Source of the DNA: Candidatus Poseidoniales archaeon
GTDB lineage: Archaea > Thermoplasmatota > Poseidoniia > Poseidoniales > Poseidoniaceae
Direction of reading: 5' to 3'
Assembly (NCBI GenBank): GCA_038150305.1
Contig: JAYOTG010000003.1
Coordinates: 2,893 to 66,892, forward strand
DNA length: 64,000 bases
Shown here: piece after piece, positions 26,975 to 35,095 of the stretch
How the letters are laid out: every line of letters starts with the position of its first letter
How positions within the stretch are numbered: position 1 is the stretch's first letter
Translations under genes and position numbers: made by a program
Notes under the pieces: model-generated
Told to the model about the DNA's origin: nothing
The model's input: the letters and a program-made list of their open reading frames with translations, nothing else
Database searches by the model: none

Positions 26975-27949
26975 ATGCGCATCGCCATTACGGACGGCTT
27001 GCACCCTGACGCCATCGCCAAACTTCGTGCCGAATGCGGGGGTGAGGTGGCTGAACTCGAGCCGACATCGCTCGGCTCCGACGGCGGAGGTCCCATCACG
27101 GCGCTCATTGTGCGGAGCCGCACCAAGGTGACCGCGGACGTGCTGGCCTCCTTGCCGGATCTGAAGGTCGTCGGACGTGCGGGTGTTGGGGTGGACAACA
27201 TCGACCTCGAAGCAGCGACGGCCGCGGGCGTTCGCGTCGTCAACGCTCCGCGTGCGTCCACCCACTCCGTGGTGGAGTTGACCATGGCCCACTTGCTCGG
27301 CTCTGTCCGGTTCCTCGGCCCTTCTGACCGTGCCATGCGGGAAGGTCGCTGGATCAAGAAGGACGCAAAGGGTACCGAATTGTCCGGCAAGCGGCTCGGT
27401 TTGGTCGGCTACGGTCGCATCGCCCGCGGCGTGGCTGCCGTGGCCGTGGCCTTGGGGATGGAGGTGCACGCGTTTGACCCCTACCTTCCCGAAGGCCTGG
27501 ACATCGCGCCTGTCACCACCCTTCATGCAGACCTCGACGATTTGTTCCGTTCGTGCACCCACATCAGCCTGCATTGTGGCCTCACGCCGGAAACCCATCA
27601 CATGGTCGATGCGCGTCGGCTGAACCTGATGCCGCAGGTCGGTGCGGACGGCGTGGCGTGCGGGGCCCATTTGGTGAACTGTGCCCGCGGTGGTCTGGTC
27701 GACGAGTCTGCTGCATCCGAGGCGCTGAGCAACGGGACGCTCGCGAGCCTGGCCCTCGATGTGTTCGAAGAAGAACCGGTTGGGGCAGGTCATCCGCTGG
27801 TTGAACACGCGCGCTTCAGCGGCACGCCACACATCGGCGCATCCACGCACGAGGCCCAACGACGCGTCGGGATGGACATCGCAGCGGCCGTGCTTGAGAC
27901 CCTCGACACGGGGTCCTGTCCGACCGTGGTGAACCGTGACGTGCTCTGA
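26975..27949 (+). CDS. serA: D-isomer-specific 2-hydroxyacid dehydrogenase (phosphoglycerate dehydrogenase SerA-like, no ACT domain)
   Basis: MRIAITDGLHPDAIAKL; NAD motif GKRLGLVGYGRIARG; NCARGGLVDE; HIGAST. Confidence 0.8.
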   Translation: MRIAITDGLHPDAIAKLRAECGGEVAELEPTSLGSDGGGPITALIVRSRTKVTADVLASLPDLKVVGRAGVGVDNIDLEAATAAGVRVVNAPRASTHSVVELTMAHLLGSVRFLGPSDRAMREGRWIKKDAKGTELSGKRLGLVGYGRIARGVAAVAVALGMEVHAFDPYLPEGLDIAPVTTLHADLDDLFRSCTHISLHCGLTPETHHMVDARRLNLMPQVGADGVACGAHLVNCARGGLVDESAASEALSNGTLASLALDVFEEEPVGAGHPLVEHARFSGTPHIGASTHEAQRRVGMDIAAAVLETLDTGSCPTVVNRDVL

Positions 27950-28013
27950 TCACTTTGCGTTCATTCACCCCTCCCTCCGTTGCCTCCTCCATGCAGGCTG
28001 GCGTGGCCATGGC

Positions 28014-28271
28014 ATGGGTCGAAGTGTACCGACGTGGCGCATGCGCGTGGATCAAGAATTGCAAGCTTTGGCCCCGTACCGCCGTTTGCTGCCCCATGAT
28101 GAACAGGCTGTGTTTGATGACCTGCTCGCGCATTTGCGGCAGCGCCGTGGTGTGGCCGGCATGCTTCCTGCCCATGACCCTTGGACGCCTTTGCTGCTAA
28201 CGGCCCTGCTCGAGGCATGGGTCCGTCTTCGTTCCTTGGAAGATGCCTTGGAGGGACGGGATGCGGCCTAG
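28014..28271 (+). CDS. Small hypothetical helical protein overlapping the polB start
   Basis: 85 aa from ATG 28014 (MGRSVPTWRMRVDQELQALAPYRRLLPHDEQAVFDDLL...). The stop at 28269-28271 overlaps polB by 11-29 nt, suggesting translational coupling. No recognised motif. Confidence 0.4.
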   Translation: MGRSVPTWRMRVDQELQALAPYRRLLPHDEQAVFDDLLAHLRQRRGVAGMLPAHDPWTPLLLTALLEAWVRLRSLEDALEGRDAA

Positions 28272-30624
28272 TTGGTTGCTCGACGTGCACGACGAAGGCA
28301 CGGGCGTGCTCACGGCATGGGTGCGCCAAGAGCAGGGGTCGGCTCGCGCGCTGCGCTTTGTCACCCCGTGCTTGCTCCACATCACGGCCGCTCCTGAACG
28401 GCTTCGAGCGCTCCAGGTCTGGCTTGATCAGCCCGAAGTTCGGTTGCATCATGGCGTCCTTTCGAGCGACGCCATCGAAGCTCCCGTGGCGCTCGGCGGC
28501 CCCATGCACCCGGTGCTTGAGGTGACGCTTCGCCGCCCACGCGACCGTCTTCGTCTGGCCCGTACCATCGACGACCGTGGTTTTCATCGTCACCACACTT
28601 TGCTGTCGGTTGACGTCGATCCGGTGCAATCGTGGCTGACCTCGCACGGTGTCGAGCTTTTCGGCGGCGTGCAGGTCGTCGAGGATGCCCTCACGCCACG
28701 TCCTTTTTCGGACGTCATGGACGACGTGCGCGTCCTTCGCATGGAGGCCGAATGGGACGGTCCGTTGCACGATGGACGCCTGTTGGCGGTGCGTTTGACG
28801 CCGGTCGAGGCCGTCGGTATGGAGGCCGTTGGGCCAAGCGACGTGCTCCCCCTTGCGGGTCCAGGCGGAATGGAGCGCATGATGGAGGCTTTCGATCGCC
28901 ATGATCCAGACGTTGTGCTGACGGAAGGCGGCGATGCTCACCTGCTGCCTGCGCTGCGTCAGCGGGCCGAGGCATGGGGCGTTCACCTCCGTCTCGGGAG
29001 GTCATCGACGGTCCTGCCGACGCCCACGCGACGCTCCACCGTTCGGTCCTACGGTCGCTTGTTGCGACGAGGTGGGCACCACCGGCTCGAGGGCCGCGTG
29101 CACATCGATCTGGGCACGAGTTTCCTCGGACGTGAGGCAGGGTTGCCCGGGCTGATCGAATTGTCGCAAGCCTCCGGCCGGCCCCTCGATGCGGTGGCTC
29201 GACGCTCCCCGGGCGCGGTCATCAGCGCGATTCAGGTGCGCACGGCCATGCAAGACGGTGTGTTGATTCCGTGGCGGAAGAACCGACCCGAAGACACCAC
29301 GACGGGCTGGGACCTGTTGCATGCCGATCGTGGTGGTCTGCACCTCGATCCAAGACCGGGCATTCACGTGGACGTGTTTGAGCTGGATTTTGCCAGCCTC
29401 TTCCCAAGCCTCATCGCCACACGTAACATCTCCCCTGAAACCCTTGGATGCGCCTGTTGCGCAGGCAGCGGTCAAGCCTCGTTCGTCCCGCTTGACCCCG
29501 ACGAAGCGAAGCGGTGGTTTCGGAACCGTGATGTCAGTCAGCGCCTCGATCCTGCTCCGGATTCATCGCCAGCGGCGTTGAGCGTTCCCGGACTTGAGCT
29601 GCACACCTGCCTTCAGCACCACGGTTTGCTTGGCCGGGTCGTGGCTCCCCTCATCCGCCGTCGTTCTGAACTCAAAGCCCAACGGACAAGGCCTCGAGAC
29701 GATGCAGACCGGCGTCAATTGGCCCTGAAGTGGCTGCTCGTGACCTGTTTCGGATACACCGGTTACCGCAACGCCCGCTTCGGCCGCATCGAGGCGCACG
29801 AAGCGATTTGTGCATGGGCCCGCGAAGTCATGCTGGAAGGCATCGAAGCGGCCCGAGCGGACGGATGGGACGTTGTTCACGGCATCGTCGACAGTTTGTG
29901 GATCACCGACGTGTCAGGGCGTTCCAACGACGAGCGGGCGGTGGCGGCGCAACGTTTGGCGGATCGCCTCGGAGCCACGACCGGTATTCCTCTCGAAGTG
30001 GAAGGGCGATACCCCGTGTTGGCCATCCTTCCTCGCCGCTCCGACGGTGCAGGCGCGTTGACGAAGTATTGGGGCTGCGGCCTCGACGGTGTCAAGGTTC
30101 GCGGCATCGAGGCGAGGCAACACTCGACGAGTCCTTTCGTCAAGCGCTTCCAAAAGGAGACGCTGGAGGCATTGCGCCACCATGTCCTGACCCATGGGGT
30201 GGACGTGGAAGCCCTCGAAGCGCTGCTGCTTGAGGCCCACGACCGTGCCCGGACGTCGTTGATGAGCGGCCGCGTCCCCTTGGTCGATCTGCTCGTTGCC
30301 CAGCGGGTCGAGCGCGGCCTGGAGGAGCGCACCGTCAACACGGTGTTGCAGCGCGCCATGACCCGTTCCTCTCGTTTGGGATGGCCGGTTGCTCTTGGGT
30401 CGAGGCTGCGTTTTGTGGAGGTTGAGGGCAACGAAGACGGCGTCGTGTTGGCGGCCGAGTTGGACGATGGAGCCTCAACACGCTTCCGACCCGCCCTCGA
30501 CGTTCACGTCCGTCGCCTCGACCGCGCGGCATGGTCGCTGCTCGCACCGTTCGGTTGGGACTTGGAGCCGCTCCGGCGACCACTCGGCCAAGGTCGGTTG
30601 CCTGTGGTCCGAAACGTGACGTGA
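28243..30624 (+). CDS. polB: Family B DNA polymerase, divergent (PolB2/Dpo2-like). Exonuclease motifs look degenerate and motif C is atypical.
   Basis: 793 aa. N-terminus SWLLDVHDEGTGVLTAW; motif A FELDFASLFPSLI (D382); motif B LALKWLLVTCFGYTGYRNARFG; motif C VVHGIVDSLWI (VDS rather than DTDS); KxY as LTKYWG. The Exo I position reads VLRMEAEWDG. The Exo II position reads PDVVLTEGGDAHLLPAL, lacking N..FD. An alternative start is at ATG 28261. Confidence 0.85.
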   Translation: MPWRDGMRPSWLLDVHDEGTGVLTAWVRQEQGSARALRFVTPCLLHITAAPERLRALQVWLDQPEVRLHHGVLSSDAIEAPVALGGPMHPVLEVTLRRPRDRLRLARTIDDRGFHRHHTLLSVDVDPVQSWLTSHGVELFGGVQVVEDALTPRPFSDVMDDVRVLRMEAEWDGPLHDGRLLAVRLTPVEAVGMEAVGPSDVLPLAGPGGMERMMEAFDRHDPDVVLTEGGDAHLLPALRQRAEAWGVHLRLGRSSTVLPTPTRRSTVRSYGRLLRRGGHHRLEGRVHIDLGTSFLGREAGLPGLIELSQASGRPLDAVARRSPGAVISAIQVRTAMQDGVLIPWRKNRPEDTTTGWDLLHADRGGLHLDPRPGIHVDVFELDFASLFPSLIATRNISPETLGCACCAGSGQASFVPLDPDEAKRWFRNRDVSQRLDPAPDSSPAALSVPGLELHTCLQHHGLLGRVVAPLIRRRSELKAQRTRPRDDADRRQLALKWLLVTCFGYTGYRNARFGRIEAHEAICAWAREVMLEGIEAARADGWDVVHGIVDSLWITDVSGRSNDERAVAAQRLADRLGATTGIPLEVEGRYPVLAILPRRSDGAGALTKYWGCGLDGVKVRGIEARQHSTSPFVKRFQKETLEALRHHVLTHGVDVEALEALLLEAHDRARTSLMSGRVPLVDLLVAQRVERGLEERTVNTVLQRAMTRSSRLGWPVALGSRLRFVEVEGNEDGVVLAAELDDGASTRFRPALDVHVRRLDRAAWSLLAPFGWDLEPLRRPLGQGRLPVVRNVT

Positions 30625-31248
30625 ACGCAGCGGTTGGAGGAGACGCCACGGCGCTTGCCCGCGTCGAATCCTCAACCTTCCATCGCGTCCTGCGGTCACC
30701 TCCACGAGGCTTCGTGCCATGTGGGCCAGCCGTTGCGTTCGCCATCGGTGGGCCTTGGGCCCATGACGGCCATGGATCACGACGACCGTGGTGGCGTTGG
30801 CGTGTACCGTCTGTTCCAGATCATCGCAGAGGTGGCGCACCATGTCGCGTCGTTCGCGGGCACGGAGTTCGTCGTCGTCGAACATGGCCATGGGGGCGTC
30901 GACCACGACGAGCCGTGAACCGCTGCTCTGAACCTCGTTGGGAAGCCGGGCCACCATGGCCGCACACTGGTGCGCGGTGAACCCGCGCGCCACACGCAAC
31001 GAACGAAGGGCACGCGGTCCGACGCCCAGTTGCGCGAGCCAGGGGGAGAAGCGTCCAGGATCGAGCCGGCATGCTCCATCGATCCAGTGCACCACGTGGC
31101 CGCTGGCCAAGGCGAGGGCCACCCATGCTTCCGCCACAGGGCGCGCCCGCCTTCCATGCCGCCCATCGCCCATCAGCACGTGGACGCCCGGTTGGCGGGG
31201 GCGAAATTCAGCTGCGGCATGCGAGCGAAGCGTGGGTGCTGGATGCAT
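30475..31248 (-). CDS. RecA/RadB-fold-like protein with degenerate P-loop (ImuA/SulA-like architecture)
   Basis: 257 aa. GVHVLMGDGRHGRRA sits where a Walker A would be, but has no GK[ST]. Also HVVHWIDGACRLDPGRFSPWLAQLGV, the Walker-B-like strand SRLVVVDAPMAMF, and TTVVVIHG. High GC3. The last ~50 codons overlap the polB 3' end on the opposite strand. Confidence 0.6.
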   Translation of the reverse strand: MHPAPTLRSHAAAEFRPRQPGVHVLMGDGRHGRRARPVAEAWVALALASGHVVHWIDGACRLDPGRFSPWLAQLGVGPRALRSLRVARGFTAHQCAAMVARLPNEVQSSGSRLVVVDAPMAMFDDDELRARERRDMVRHLCDDLEQTVHANATTVVVIHGRHGPKAHRWRTQRLAHMARSLVEVTAGRDGRLRIRRGQAPWRLLQPLRSRHVSDHRQPTLAEWSPERLQVPTERCEQRPCRAVEATDVNVEGGSEAC

Positions 31249-31295
31249 GGTTTCACCGGACCTCTCCGTTCACCCGAGAGGGTGGTGAAGCCTGT

Positions 31296-31311
31296 CGACG
31301 ACCCGTCGTCG
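31296..31311. promoter_or_regulatory. Inverted repeat CGACGAC-CC-GTCGTCG between the divergent RecA-like and dinB genes
   Basis: Read directly from the sequence. It lies 47 nt upstream of the dinB GTG and 48 nt upstream of the RecA-like ATG, so it is almost centred in the 109-bp spacer. Confidence 0.3.
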
Positions 31312-31357
31312 GAAGTGAAGCGCAGGCCTCAAACACCTTCGACGCGGAAGACGGGGC

Positions 31358-32518
31358 GTGGACGGAGGAGGCAAGATCCTGGTCCATTGTGATTTGGACG
31401 CCTTCTATGCGGCCGTTGAAACGCTTCACCGAGGGCTGGATCCAAACGTTCCGCTGATCATCGGTGCAGATCCGAAATCCGGCCGCGGTCGAGGCATCGT
31501 CAGCACCTGCAATTATGCCGCTCGTGCCTACGGTGTCCGCTCGGCCATGCCGATTAGCGAAGCGTGGAGGCGTTGTCCGGCAGCGCCCGTCGGACCCGCC
31601 ACGTACGTGCGTGGATCACACCGGCTCTACGCACGCGCCTCGCGCCGTGTGATGAGCGTGCTCCGCGCGGTCGGCGGCCCCTTCGAACAAGCGAGCATCG
31701 ACGAAGCCTACCTCGATGTGACCGAAGCCACAGGAGCCGATTGGGACAAGGCCTTGGCCTTGTGCGAGGGCCTGCAACGGGAGATTGTTGAAGCCACGGG
31801 CCTGACGGCTTCCTTTGGCCTCGGCCCCACACGTCTGCTGGCGAAAATGAGCAGCGAGGAGCGGAAACCACAGGGGATCTTCCGCCTCATGCCAGGGGAC
31901 GCTTCTGCGTTCTTCGAAGGCCGATCGTTGAGGGAAATTCCCGGCATCGGTCCCGCAACGGCCACCACCATGCAAGAATGGGGCGTTCAGACGGTGGACG
32001 AGGCATACGGTCTCGGTGAATTGGCACTGGCTCGCATGGTAGGGCCACGCTTTGCTGCCTGGTTGATGGGGGTGGTCGAAGAGCGCACCAGCGACGACGT
32101 GAGCGTCTTGCGCTCTCGAAAGTCCATCGGAAAAGAGACCACGTTCGAGCGCGATCAGCACGACGAGGAGCAGGTCCTCGAGCACCTGCTTACCTTGGTC
32201 GAGCGTGTCGTGGAACGCGCCTCTGAACTGGGCGTCGTTGGGCGTTTGGGCGAGGTCAAATTGCGCTACAAAGGCTTTGAGACGCGTACGCATCGACGCT
32301 CGATACCTGTGGCCATGGACGACCCTTCGGTGTTCAAAAGCCTCGCCACGCGCTTGTTTGCCACCAGCCTCGAGCGTGAACGCCCCGTCCGTTTGGTTGG
32401 CTTCCGCCTCGGGGATTTGGAGGACCCTCCAACGCGCCAGGTGACCCTTGAGCGGTTCAAGGCGTCCTCAAGCGAGACGGTGCATGGACGTGAGGACGGG
32501 TCGGAAGGCCTCGAGTGA
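31358..32518 (+). CDS. dinB: Y-family DNA polymerase IV (DinB/Dpo4-like), catalytic residues intact
   Basis: GTG start. ILVHCDLDAFYAAVE, STCNYAARAYGVRSAMP, SIDEAYLDVT and LLAKMSSEERKPQG. Confidence 0.92.
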   Translation: MDGGGKILVHCDLDAFYAAVETLHRGLDPNVPLIIGADPKSGRGRGIVSTCNYAARAYGVRSAMPISEAWRRCPAAPVGPATYVRGSHRLYARASRRVMSVLRAVGGPFEQASIDEAYLDVTEATGADWDKALALCEGLQREIVEATGLTASFGLGPTRLLAKMSSEERKPQGIFRLMPGDASAFFEGRSLREIPGIGPATATTMQEWGVQTVDEAYGLGELALARMVGPRFAAWLMGVVEERTSDDVSVLRSRKSIGKETTFERDQHDEEQVLEHLLTLVERVVERASELGVVGRLGEVKLRYKGFETRTHRRSIPVAMDDPSVFKSLATRLFATSLERERPVRLVGFRLGDLEDPPTRQVTLERFKASSSETVHGREDGSEGLE

Positions 32519-34960
32519 GGCGGGAAGGTCCATGCCCTCAATGGGTTGATTCAACGCGACGCCTTGTTCCCGCTTCGTCGACCACACCAAGCTGTTGAAC
32601 GCGGTCAAATCACCGGTCAATTGACGCAACGCATCGCCTTCCTCTTGGCCTTCGCCAAGCGCATCGTCGACGTGAGCGGGGTAGGCCCTCGCGTCCACGC
32701 ACGAGGTGCCGTACACGGTGGTCGTGATGTGGTGGGTGAAGAAGGGGCAGATCGGCGTGAATGCGGTCAGCGTGTCTCGAACGACTCGGTGAAGCACCCA
32801 AGCCGCCGTGGTGTCCTCGTCGTAGAGCCGCGTTTTGACCATCTCAAGCCAGTGGCTTGGGAGCACGCCCGTCAGGAAATTCTTCAGGGCTTGCGTGGCG
32901 GTGTAGATGTCCAACGTCGCCCAAGCCTCACGCGACGTGGCCATGACCTTGTGGTGTTCAGCAAGGATCCAGCGGTCTTCGGGTTCAAGGTGTGAAGGAG
33001 CGCTTTCGAGGTCCTCAGGCACATCAAACTGCGAGGCGAAGCGTGCGACGTTGTAGACCTTGGTCAGCACGCCGAAGTATTTCTGCTCGATGTCCTCTGG
33101 ATTGATTTGGAAATCATCGCCGACTTGGGCGTCGCAGGCCTTCCACAAGCGGAAACATTCGCTTCCAATCTTGTTGGCCTTGAGGGCCACGGAGCCGTCG
33201 GGTCCCTTGATGCGCCAACTGCCCGTTCGGCCACCGGCACCACACTCGATCACGGAATCCGCATCGATGCCGTTGCCAAGGGATTTCGACATTTTTCTGC
33301 CCCAAGGGTCCATGCCCAAACCGTCGATCCAAACGTGTTTGAACGCAGGTCGGTCAAGCAGAAGCGCGCTCTTGAGCATGGTGTAGTACAACCACGTGCG
33401 AACAATCTCCTTTCCTTGCGGTCGCAGGGCGGTCGGGAAACACCGCTCGAAGCGACCGTCGTCTTCGAGCAGGCCACTCACGAAGAGGTTGGAATTTGAG
33501 GAATCCATCCACGTGTCAAACACCTTCTCTTCGCCCACGACGTCACTGAGCTCGGAGGCGAGGTCGTCCCACGTTCCGAGGAAGGTTCGGTCGTTTCGGT
33601 CGAGAACACGGCTTCCAGAGGGTGGGTCTTCGCGCCAAGGTTGCACGTAAGTCCCCTTCGGTGGGACGATGACCTTGGACCCGGAATCCGCATACCAAAC
33701 TGGAATCTCTGTGTGGTACCACCTGCGTCGTGAAATGGGCCAGTCGATGGAGATGTTGTCCATCCAATCCAGCAGGAATTGACGGTTCCTGGGCGGATGA
33801 AACTCCACCTCTTCCACGAGCTCCTTCAAGCGGTCCTGCATGTGCGTTTGCCGGACGTACCATTCCTTGAGCAGGATGATTTCAACGGGGTTCTTGCCAC
33901 GCTCCGAGACGGGAACCTCCTGATCCTTCTCGACCACGTTGGCGATGTTCCCATTCGATTCCAAGTGCTCGATGGCGGCCGCTCGGGCCTCGAGCACCGT
34001 CATTCCAGCGAGCGGCCCAGCGAGCGCGGTCATGCGACCATCAAGGTCGATGGCTTGGAAGGGGTCCAGCCCCAATTCCCGGAAGACGGCGACGTCATTT
34101 TGGTCGCCAAAAGAACAGACCATCAGGACGCCTGAACCGAACTCCATTTTGACCGAGGGGTGCGTGCGCACTTCGACCACGGCCTCACGACCGTCTGTTG
34201 GCATGGGCAAGGCGAGGGTTTGACCGACGAGGTTGCGGTAACGGTCATCGTCAGGGTGAACCACGATCACACCGCACGCACAGATCATCTCTGGGCGAGT
34301 GGTCGAGATGACCACCTCCTCGCCGTCCTTGGTGTGCCAACGGACGTCCACGAGCTTGGTTTTACGCGTGACCCGCTCAACCTCGGCATCGGCGATGGTC
34401 GTGCCTTCCACGGGGTCGTAGATGTTCGGGCGCAGGTCCTCGATCACGGCACCTTGTTCGAACAGATCGATGAAAATCGCCTGGGTGACGCTGCGGTAAT
34501 CTGGGGCATCGGTGAGGTATTCGCGGTCGAAATCACAGGACAGGCCGACGCGCTTTGCGGTGGTCCGCATGGCTTGTGTAAAGGTTTCAATGGTCGAGGC
34601 GCAGAGGTCCAGGAACTCGCCGCGGTCGTACGTTCGCATTTTGCGTTTCGTGTTCTTTTCCACGGTGAATTCGATGTTGATGCCGTTGCGGTCGACGCCC
34701 CACGGGAAGTAGACTTCCTTGCCAAGCAGGCGTTGGCAGCGGGCGATGACGTCGATCATGGAGTATTGCGCGACAGCACCGATGTGCCAGGTGCCTGAGG
34801 GGTAGGGTGGCGGGGTGTCGATGACGAAAGGCTCGCGTTCGCTTTGAGGATTGAAGGCATACCTTGCATTGTAGGCATCAGGGTCGCTGTAATGCTCTTC
34901 TTGGATGCGCTTTTCCAGGTCGATGCTCCACCGCTTCTCGTTGAGTCGTGGGGTGGGCAT
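32468..34960 (-). CDS. valS: Valine--tRNA ligase
   Basis: PPPYPSGTWHIGA (HIGH region), TTRPEMICACGVIVVHPDDDRY, KMSKSLGNGI. Likely start is ATG 34960 (MPTPRLNEKRW). ValRS is preferred over LeuRS/IleRS on length (830 aa) and the TTRPE motif. Confidence 0.85.
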   Translation of the reverse strand: MPTPRLNEKRWSIDLEKRIQEEHYSDPDAYNARYAFNPQSEREPFVIDTPPPYPSGTWHIGAVAQYSMIDVIARCQRLLGKEVYFPWGVDRNGINIEFTVEKNTKRKMRTYDRGEFLDLCASTIETFTQAMRTTAKRVGLSCDFDREYLTDAPDYRSVTQAIFIDLFEQGAVIEDLRPNIYDPVEGTTIADAEVERVTRKTKLVDVRWHTKDGEEVVISTTRPEMICACGVIVVHPDDDRYRNLVGQTLALPMPTDGREAVVEVRTHPSVKMEFGSGVLMVCSFGDQNDVAVFRELGLDPFQAIDLDGRMTALAGPLAGMTVLEARAAAIEHLESNGNIANVVEKDQEVPVSERGKNPVEIILLKEWYVRQTHMQDRLKELVEEVEFHPPRNRQFLLDWMDNISIDWPISRRRWYHTEIPVWYADSGSKVIVPPKGTYVQPWREDPPSGSRVLDRNDRTFLGTWDDLASELSDVVGEEKVFDTWMDSSNSNLFVSGLLEDDGRFERCFPTALRPQGKEIVRTWLYYTMLKSALLLDRPAFKHVWIDGLGMDPWGRKMSKSLGNGIDADSVIECGAGGRTGSWRIKGPDGSVALKANKIGSECFRLWKACDAQVGDDFQINPEDIEQKYFGVLTKVYNVARFASQFDVPEDLESAPSHLEPEDRWILAEHHKVMATSREAWATLDIYTATQALKNFLTGVLPSHWLEMVKTRLYDEDTTAAWVLHRVVRDTLTAFTPICPFFTHHITTTVYGTSCVDARAYPAHVDDALGEGQEEGDALRQLTGDLTAFNSLVWSTKREQGVALNQPIEGMDLPASLEAFRPVLTSMHRLA

Positions 34961-35095
34961 CGCGGTCACCTTGCCCAGAGGGCGGTGTGGCCTCGGGTCG
35001 CATCTCTTCAAGCCATCCCATCCCATCGTTGTTTGACGTGAACGGACACGCACCGGCAACAGACTTTCAAACGGCGTGCGCGGACCAACAACCGG

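Noticed and set aside
25845-27131. 428-aa plus-strand ORF, and a 361-aa reverse ORF at 26774-27859.
   Set aside because: Each is antisense to a better-supported gene: the membrane protein at 25746-26900 and the SerA-like dehydrogenase at 26975-27949. Their sequences are H/R/E/Q-rich with no motifs.
27961-28986. 341-aa reverse ORF opposite the small ORF and the polB 5' region.
   Set aside because: It is antisense to the conserved PolB N-terminal domain and has no recognisable motif. Its composition is typical of antisense translation.
28243-30624. PolB as the marker of a self-replicating mobile element (casposon, pipolin or provirus).
   Set aside because: No Cas1, integrase, terminal inverted repeats, terminal-protein-like gene or viral genes are nearby. 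The flanks are housekeeping genes (serA-like, valS). The polymerase lacks the TPR1/TPR2-type features I would expect for protein-primed or piPolB enzymes, though this was judged by eye only.
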